Positions 56,290-64,000 of a DNA stretch of 64,000 nt are shown in pieces. The stretch is taken from NCBI RefSeq assembly GCF_009914755.1, contig NC_060928.1; one strand, 5' to 3'. The position numbers were made by a program, and so were the translations under genes. The notes under the pieces are model-generated. The model worked only from the letters and a program-made list of their open reading frames with translations, made no database searches and had not been told where the DNA came from. Source of the stretch: the human T2T-CHM13v2.0 reference genome, Homo sapiens. Position 1 is the stretch's first letter. Each line of letters starts with the position of its first letter.

Positions 56290-58001
56290 AAATTCTTTCT
56301 TTGTTAATGAAGAGGAATCAAGGGATAGCTGTTGGCTTATGAAACCAGTTAATCAGTATAAACTAATTTTGAGAATCTCTAAAACATAATACTGTAATTG
56401 ATTTCTTTTCCTAGGTTCAGAAATCAAATTTGAAAAAAAACTTTTTCCAGTTTTATTATTGTATCATTGAAAATGTGGCTTACACATTATGTATGAAGAG
56501 GGAGTCAGTTATTCTTCCTGGGAGCTCTCCTGAATAGGTAGGTATGCTTGCCTTACTTTTGAGTATCTTTTTAAGAAAAATACATGACACTAGTTTTAGA
56601 TATATGAAAGCCTCTAACAATCGCCTGAAATATTATACACAGGACAAATGAGTACGCAATTAAGCCAAGCAAGCTTGGCTTCCACATGAGATGTTGTGCC
56701 CTAGTGGGCACAGAAAGGATTGTATTGTTTATTACTAGAGTATAAGTATTGTTTATTACTAGAAAAGCAAGCCAATTACTAGTATCTGAATGCAGGCAAA
56801 TTTTCTGAGTAAAAATAAATAGTAACTACAGGTTAAAAGTTATCTTAAGAGAATAAACTGGCTGCAGTAAAAATGATAACTGCATATTTATTTTCACTGG
56901 TGAGCTGTTTTCTGTTGAGAACTCTAGTATTACTTTAGTGAAAGTATTTTTGTGACTCAGAGGGGAAAGCCAATTTTTACAAGATTAATTGTTGAGGTTA
57001 CTAATGACAGGACAATTTATATATCAGAGGGAACCTGTGGAAGCAAATAAAATATGCCTTTTAAGTGGTGAAAGGGATAGCTATTAAATTTATGTCTTTA
57101 GAATTACATGGCATATGACAAATTTGCCATTAATTAGATTTAGATTAGAAACTATAATTTGAGAAAAACATGAGAGTTTTGCCTTTCCTTAGGTGATAGA
57201 AGGTGGTACGAGGTGAAGAACAATATGGTGAAGATACTCAAAAACAACTGAGAGAGCAGGTGGTCACAGAGCTAACAAAATATCATGAGAATTATAATAA
57301 GTAGTAAATCAAAGGGAAATAAATAAATTGACATATCAGAAAATTAATCATGTTTTATCATTTTGGGTGGAAGCTGTCTGCTTCGTCCCATCATCTGCTT
57401 GACCTGAGAATGTTGAGTCATGTTAGACTTGAGAATGTTAAGTCATCTCTCATCTTCTGAGTTTTGTCTACTTCTAGAGGCTTTCTACAAATTTTTGACC
57501 TACTATATAGTCCAGAAGAAATGATGATTTTTAAAAATAGTAATACATAAGCCTAAGGATTAATATGTTGCAATTTTACAGTTATACTAGTTATTAACAG
57601 TTACAAGGCCAAACCCATAGAAACTTAAGAAAGGTTTCTTTCTCAGTGCCTCTTTCAAGAAAGAGGCTTCCATGTTTCAGGACACTCAGAGACTTCTTAG
57701 GTGAATAATTTGGAAGGGATGGTATTACCGGCTGGTAACGAGACTGAGTGTCTCTTTCAGTATTTAGTCACATCATCTTACAATTGGAAAAGAACATGAA
57801 TCAGAGTTGAAATTTCAAATGCATGGTTTGTTTTCTTAGTAACTGATAAATGCATAGCTTTTGGTTGACAGAAGAAATGTACCAGCAATTTTAAACAATG
57901 CCTGTGATAGAATATCCCTCCCAGAAAGAGAAAAAACAAAACATACTTTTTTTTTTGCTTTAAATTCTAAACAATTGCCCTTGTTTTGCAGAAAGTATAA
58001 G

Positions 58002-58337
58002 CAGTCTTCCTTTACTTTATGTGAGAGAGTTGATTCCAGGACCTCCTGTGTAAAGCAAAATCAATAGATGCTCAAGTCCCTGATATAAAATGACACGTTA
58101 TGTGCATATAATCTATGCACATCCTCCCATATACTTTAAATCATGTCTGGATTACTTATAATACCTAACACAATGTAAATGTTATGTAAATAGTTATGCT
58201 GTATTTTTCATTTTTCTCTTTAAATTGTGTTTTTATTTTTTACTTTGTGTGTGTGTGTGTGTGTGTTTGTTTTAATTTCTGATCCACTGTTGGTGGAATC
58301 CATAGATGTGGAATTCATGGATACAATGGGCCAACTG
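58002..58337 (+). mobile_element. MER2 (TcMar-Tigger) DNA transposon
   Basis: CAGTC...TTCCAGGACC...GATGCTCAAGTCCCTGATATAAAATG...CACATCCTCCCATATACTTTAAATC...GGCCAACTG|TA; contains a (TG)n run at about 58246-58266. Confidence 0.9.
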
Positions 58338-59553
58338 TATATATATGTCTGTACACAAATGTGTGTGTTTGCATTCACATATTGTGTATTTAAAATACAT
58401 ATAATAAATATGAAGGGTTTGATCAAATTAGTTTATTTTAGTACTTATCCATTAATCAGATATGGAAGTTAATTTAAAGAATTAGAATACATGTGGTACT
58501 ACATGTTTCTGTTTTATATAGTACATGCAAAATTAACAAGGGTATATCACATTCACTCTTTTGTGGAGTTCAGTCTTTTGACGTGTTTCTTTATGCATGG
58601 CTTATTTTTTTTATTTTTGGAGAGAAAAAAATATTATTTTCAGGCTCATGTCATCAATGAAAAATGCTACAGAATATAAGGTACCGGTGAAAATATTTTG
58701 CCGGAAAAGATGTAGTGCTCAGTATAAAGCTGTGTTCACAATAATACATTTTGAAAACCTCAACTTTTAAAGTACTATGAATCTATTTTAAAATGCAGAA
58801 AACAAGGAAGGGTTCCAATTTTGATATCTTATACATCTGATACATGAGGGTTTTTTTGTTTGTTTCTTGAGTAGAGTTTCAAGAATAGAAAACTTGATTA
58901 GATTATATGAAAAGGATGTGACCTCAGAAAAGTTTGGTGCCTGGTATCTACAATGCTTAGCCAGTTTATAATATCTGCAAAGCTGCTTTTCTGGTAATTA
59001 ATTCAAGAAATTTGGGGATAGATTATAATCTCTTTGGATTACATACCTTCTTGGAATATACCGTATTCTAAATAATGCATTTTTTTCCTGGCACAATTTC
59101 AATTTCTCTTTGAATATTTTTGCTGTTTCTTAGGTAGAGTATTTAACAAAAAGAGTCAGTTAGAGAACGTTGTTGTTTTGTAAATAGCAATATGTCATTT
59201 ATGTCTTGTATTAAGTAAGAGTCATAAGAGAATGTTAAATTCTAGGTGTTGGTTGGTGATGTATTAGAATACAAGAAAGTTTCAGAAAACCCTAGGGGCA
59301 TGTCAGTCCAGAGATATTGTTTATTCTTCCATGTGAAGACAAATATTGATTGTGTGGATCTAAGTGTAAACTAAGGAAGAACAAGTCTACCAGTCAACCA
59401 AAAATGCGTGATCCCAGGAGCTACTGAAGACAGAATGGTATTTGAGTTAGTACCCATAAAAAGTAAAGGATCACAAACTTGTTTATAGCTCATAAACCCA
59501 TGAAACTTTTTTTTGGCCTTTCAACCATTTACTGATTTTTATTATTAGTAGTA

Positions 59554-60549
59554 TTTTTTTTTATTATACTTTAACTTCTAGGGTACATGTGCACAATGTG
59601 TAGGTTTGTTACGTATGTATGAGTGTGCCATGTTGGTGTGCTGCACCCATTAACTCATCATTTACATTAGGTATATCTCCTAATGCTGTCCCTCCCCGCT
59701 GCTCCCACCCCACGACAGGCCCTGGTGTGTGATGTTCCCCTTCCTGTGTCCACGTGTTCTCATTGTTCAATTCCCACCTATGAGTGAGAACATGCGGTGT
59801 TTGGTTTTTTTGTCCTTGCGATAGTTTGCTGAGAATGATGGTTTCCAGCTTCATCCATGTCCCTGTAAAGGACATGAACTCATTCTTTTTTATGGCTGCA
59901 TAGCATTCCATGGTGTATATGTGCCACATTTTCTCAATCCAGTCTATCATTGTTGGACATTTGGGTTGGTTCCAAGTCTTTGCTATTGTGAATAGTGTCA
60001 TAATAAATATACGTGTTCATGTGTCTTTATAGTGGCATGATTTATAATCCTTTGGGTATATACCCAGTAATGGGATGACTGGGTCAAATGGTGTTTCTAG
60101 TTCTAGATCCTTGAGGAATCGCCACACTGTCTTCCACAATGGTTGAACTAGTTTACAGTCCCACCAACAGTGTAAAAGTGTTCATATTACTCCACATTCT
60201 CTCCAGCACCTGTTGTTTCCTGACTTTTTAATGATCGCCATTCTAACTGGTGTGAGATGGTATCTCATTGTGGTTTTGATTTGCATTTCTCTGATGGCCA
60301 GTGATGATGAGAATTTTTTCATGTGTCTGTTGGCTGCAGAAATGTCTTCTTTTGAGAAGTGTCTGTTTATATCCTTTGCCCACTTTTTGACGGGGTTGTT
60401 TGTTTTTTTTCTTGTAAGTTTGTTGGAGTTCATTGTAGATTCTGGATATTAGCCCTTTGTCAGATGAGTACATTGCAAAAATTTTTTCCTGTTCTGTAGG
60501 TTGCCTTTTCACTCTGATGGTAGTTTCTTTTGCTGTGCAGAAGCTCTTT
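59554..60549 (-). mobile_element. 5'-truncated L1PA4/5-like element (about 1 kb) with disrupted ORF2 C-terminus
   Basis: ORFs 59609-60001 (LFTIAKTWNQPKCPTMIDWI...), 60182-60433 ([16 protein letters not shown]...[23 protein letters not shown]) and 60243-60512 ([25 protein letters not shown]) are L1 ORF2 pieces; canonical 3'UTR and poly-T. Confidence 0.97.
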
Positions 60550-61601
60550 TTTAGCAGTCAACAACATGAGTGTTAAAGACCTAATGAGTTGAATTACAAG
60601 TCGCTTTTGTATGAAATATTCCACAATAGGCTTCCGTCCTTTTTTGGTTTTGGGTGCAATTGACATACTAATGATCCATGAATGAAAGAGTCCCCATGGA
60701 TTTGTAGAAAGTGTATGTGTGAAGAGCTTTTGACTTCACCATCAAATTTTTATAGTTTTCTCCTATTAAATTTTTTTGGAGTGGTATTACAAAGAAGGAA
60801 CCTATATTTGCTAGTAAGAGGGTCAAGAGTTCCAGTTACAGATTTAAGGGGAGAATTTGAGAGGCAATTTAAATCTAAATCTCTTTAGATTTACTCCTTG
60901 AAGGAATCTTATGACTCATAGTAAGTGATACAAAGAATGGTAGGATTATAGTCCTAATTTATGTTCAGTTGTGAGTCTTTTATCTTAGTTGTTTTAAGAA
61001 AATCATTGGACATTGGGCACACAGTCCTGCTTGAAATGCATTCACATCCCCTTGGGAAAGGGCTTCTATTGCTTTTTAAGGATGTGACAATTAATTTTCC
61101 ATGGCTCTCTTCATATTCATGATATGAGTAAGTGTTTCTGTAGAAATGATTTTGTTGTTTATGTTTTTGTTTCCCGTTAAGGGAGGGGCATATCCATTAA
61201 GCTGCTTTATTCGTAAGGCTATACTTTCATTTTAAACTATATTTTTAAAAACATATTTCCTTTCTAATGTCTCTTAATATTGTGCAGCCAAATGCTAAAA
61301 TTCATGCAGCGAAACAATCTGCCAGCCTATCTTTTGTTTACGTACTAGAATTGCAATTTCTGGTTTGAAACCATTGATGCAGTATTAGAAAAGGCCATAA
61401 AGACATCTGGATTACAGGCTATCCCTGAAGATTGTCTCAAGGTTATTATTAATGCTAGGGATTTTCCCTTTTGTCACTTGCAAGAATGAATTAATGTTCA
61501 ATTTAATTTCAGCAGGAAAAACATGCAGTTTTTAAAACTTGTTCTATCTAACATGCTCTGAGATATACTAATTCAGTAAAGTTTACTTCATTTTCTTCAA
61601 A

Positions 61602-61683
61602 TGATATGCACGTACTCCCCCCAAAATTCATTTGTTGGAAAAGTGATTCCCAATGCAACAGTGTGGGAGGTGGGGACTAATGG
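61602..61683 (+). mobile_element. MST/MLT1A LTR 5' fragment
   Basis: CCCCCCAAAATTCATTTGTTGGAAA...CCCAATGCAACAGTGTGGGAGGTGGGGACT. Confidence 0.7.
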
Positions 61684-62336
61684 CACAAAGTAAAATGGTA
61701 CCTGCACTATTAAGCAACTAGAAATAGAGGATTTAATTTTTTTAAACCTTGAGCACCATAAAGTACTCAGACAATTTTAGTAATACATGCTTATATACTT
61801 TTCAGATTGTCTAAAAAAGAGACTAAAAATAGATTAAAAATATAGATGCATGTAATATGCATACACTTCCCTTCTCCAGAGAATAATTATGTTAATAAGT
61901 TCCTCCATTACGAATTTTACAGGCAATGTTTTTTGGTTGTGATGCAATTATACTAGAAGTCAATATTCTTTTAACAGTCAGAAAACATATTTCTATGAAA
62001 AATTGGAAATATTTTCTTAACTAATCATTTTAGCAAAGAGCAGAAACAAATTGTAAATTATGCTACGGTAATCAGAAAATATAAAAGAGAAAATCAGTAC
62101 TAAAATTTTAAATTATCTATAAAGTAATGAAATAAAAAACATTTCATTGGAAAATATTGATATAAAAGATAGTGCTAAGACTGTTACTGGAGAAAAAAAC
62201 AAATACTTAAATGTCTTCAATAATTTTAATAAACAATCAGAACAATCACTAGTAAGAGACAACAACCACACATTAAGTATTATTTTTTGGTAAAATTTAA
62301 ACTAATGATTTTGGAAATAGTCAGCAATAACAAATG

Positions 62337-62540
62337 TCATTCATTCAGCAAATGTTCCTAGATTGCCTACTGCATGTCAGGAGCTTTTCCAGGCCTTGAG
62401 AAACAGTTTTGAATCAGAGAAAAATTTTGACTTCTTGTTTACATTCTAGTGGAGAGGAGCAAGCAATTATGGAAAGTAAATATAAAAGATAATGCAGGAA
62501 TGTAGGCTTGCAATTGAAAAAAAAGATGGTCAGTGAATAT
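62337..62540 (-). mobile_element. L2 3' end
   Basis: TCATTCATTCAGCAAATGTTCCTAGATTGCCTACTGCATGTCAGG...TTACATTCTAGTGG. Confidence 0.8.
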
Positions 62541-62549
62541 CTCAAGTAT

Positions 62550-63660
62550 ATCACCAAAAGTAAAATACATTGGGATAAAATCTGACTATTTGAAAAAGAT
62601 CATGTAACTAACTGGAGAAATTGCATTCCACCAATAAAAAATGTTTTAAAGAATAGCAAATATCAAGGTAATTCATTAAAAAGACTTTTAAAATGTTCAT
62701 GACCTTTCATTAAAAGTTTAAAATTTGAAAAACATGAGAAGATAAAATACATCACAAATAGGAAAAAGAAAAACTATATAGTCTCTCATTATGAAAATAC
62801 TAAAATGATTGTAAGAAGTCACATGATATTAATACTCTATGCATACGTATAACATTAAATTCCAAGTAGATGCATGATTTCTTAGAACAGTATAAATAAC
62901 CTACAGTGATATAATAAAAATAGAATCTAAATGGAACAATAAACAGAAGATATTGTAGTTAGTTTTCTCAATATTTTAAAAAGGCAAGAAGATGAGACGT
63001 TTAATACCTGTTTTTCCAAATTTGAAAGTAAAAACTTATAAAACAAGTATTTTAAAGAAGTTATTTAAAAATTGATTTGGTTTCACCTCAATAAAAATTA
63101 AATATTTTATGAAGCTTGAGTAAATATAAACATTGTGAAACTGACATGGGAAAAAATAAACATATCAGTCAGGCAAATAAAAACACTAGAAAGATGAGAT
63201 GATACTATCAATTTTATTTTTATTTTTTGGTCTGCATGTAGCAAAATTTAAAATGTACATCATCCTTTGTACCTCTAGGAATTTATTTCACTTATATCTT
63301 TCTCCAGTGGTATAAACACAGAATGTTCACTGAAGCATCCAAAAAAGATAAAAATACAAGCATTTGCTACAAAGACTTACATGAAAAGTTCATCTAAATG
63401 AAGGTCTGTGAAAAATATGCAACTTAAACATAGAAATATTTATAAAACCTATTCTTAGTGAGTACAGATTACTCATAAAAGTTATGGACACTAAATTAAA
63501 TAGAAAAAATTATATGTATGCATAAATTAACTATTAAAGTGCATTAAAATTCTGAAAGATTACACAAAATTTAGAGCATATCTTAGTGGAGGTGGAAGGT
63601 AAAAAACTTTCAAGTTCAATCTTTAAATTTTTCTACAAAGTTTTTAAAAATTGTTAAATG
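62550..63660 (+). mobile_element. Highly diverged L1ME fragments
   Basis: A-rich strand with ORF2/3'-like motifs (ATTAAATTCCAAGTAGAT, CCTCTAGGAATTTATT, GAATGTTCACTGAAGCAT). Confidence 0.45.
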
Positions 63661-64000
63661 AGAATTAATTACGTGATTGAAAAAGATAATTAAAAATACA
63701 ATTAAAAAGCTATAGGTTAATGCAAACAACTTAAAGGACAAAAATGTTTTAGAACAGCTTGCTTAATTCAATCTAGTAAAAAAAAATCTTCTCATGCAAA
63801 TTCTGTGTTTTAAACATCTTTTTGATAAAGGACATTGATGTATATAAAAGATAGTGGCATGAGTCTTCCAACTTAAGTTAAATTTGATAAGAAAGCTCAT
63901 TACTGTCTAAATGAGCAATATGAGAAATTAAATGCTGGGCATGGCTCAGGAATAACTGCTTAGCATATGCTACCATTGCATAATAAAAATCATTTGTGCA

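Noticed and set aside
58685-58705. Imperfect hairpin CCGGTGAAAATATTTTGCCGG
   Set aside because: Too short and imperfect to support an ncRNA or a terminator.
59609-60512. Protein-like ORFs resembling a retroelement protein C-terminus
   Set aside because: Frameshifted L1 ORF2 remnants in a 1-kb truncated element; non-functional and annotated as a mobile element.

Overview
Very AT-rich, CpG-poor primate genomic DNA. It is almost certainly human, because it carries a fragment with AluYa5 diagnostic bases. The window looks like a large intron or a gene desert. I can support no intact protein-coding gene. The listed ORFs are short chance ORFs or translations of Alu/L1 repeats, and only those at 59609-60512 are real protein relics (L1 ORF2 C-terminus). 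Much of the window is interspersed repeats: 7 Alu units, young and old L1 pieces, L2, MIR, MaLR/ERVL LTRs, two decayed ERVL-type pol segments, a MER34-like LTR, and MER2, MER5A and MER63-like DNA transposons. The best non-repeat signal is a candidate 35-nt minus-strand micro-exon at 1342-1376, inside an apparently repeat-free 3-kb block. Other points of note are a 5'-truncated AluYa5 in the A-tail of an older Alu, two stacked L1 3' ends, an internally deleted L1MA that keeps both ends and a target-site duplication (TSD), an inverted MLT1 pair, and a perfect 42-bp AT palindrome. I found no convincing evidence of a novel biological system. Repeat subfamily names come from recalled consensus motifs, and boundaries of old repeats are approximate.
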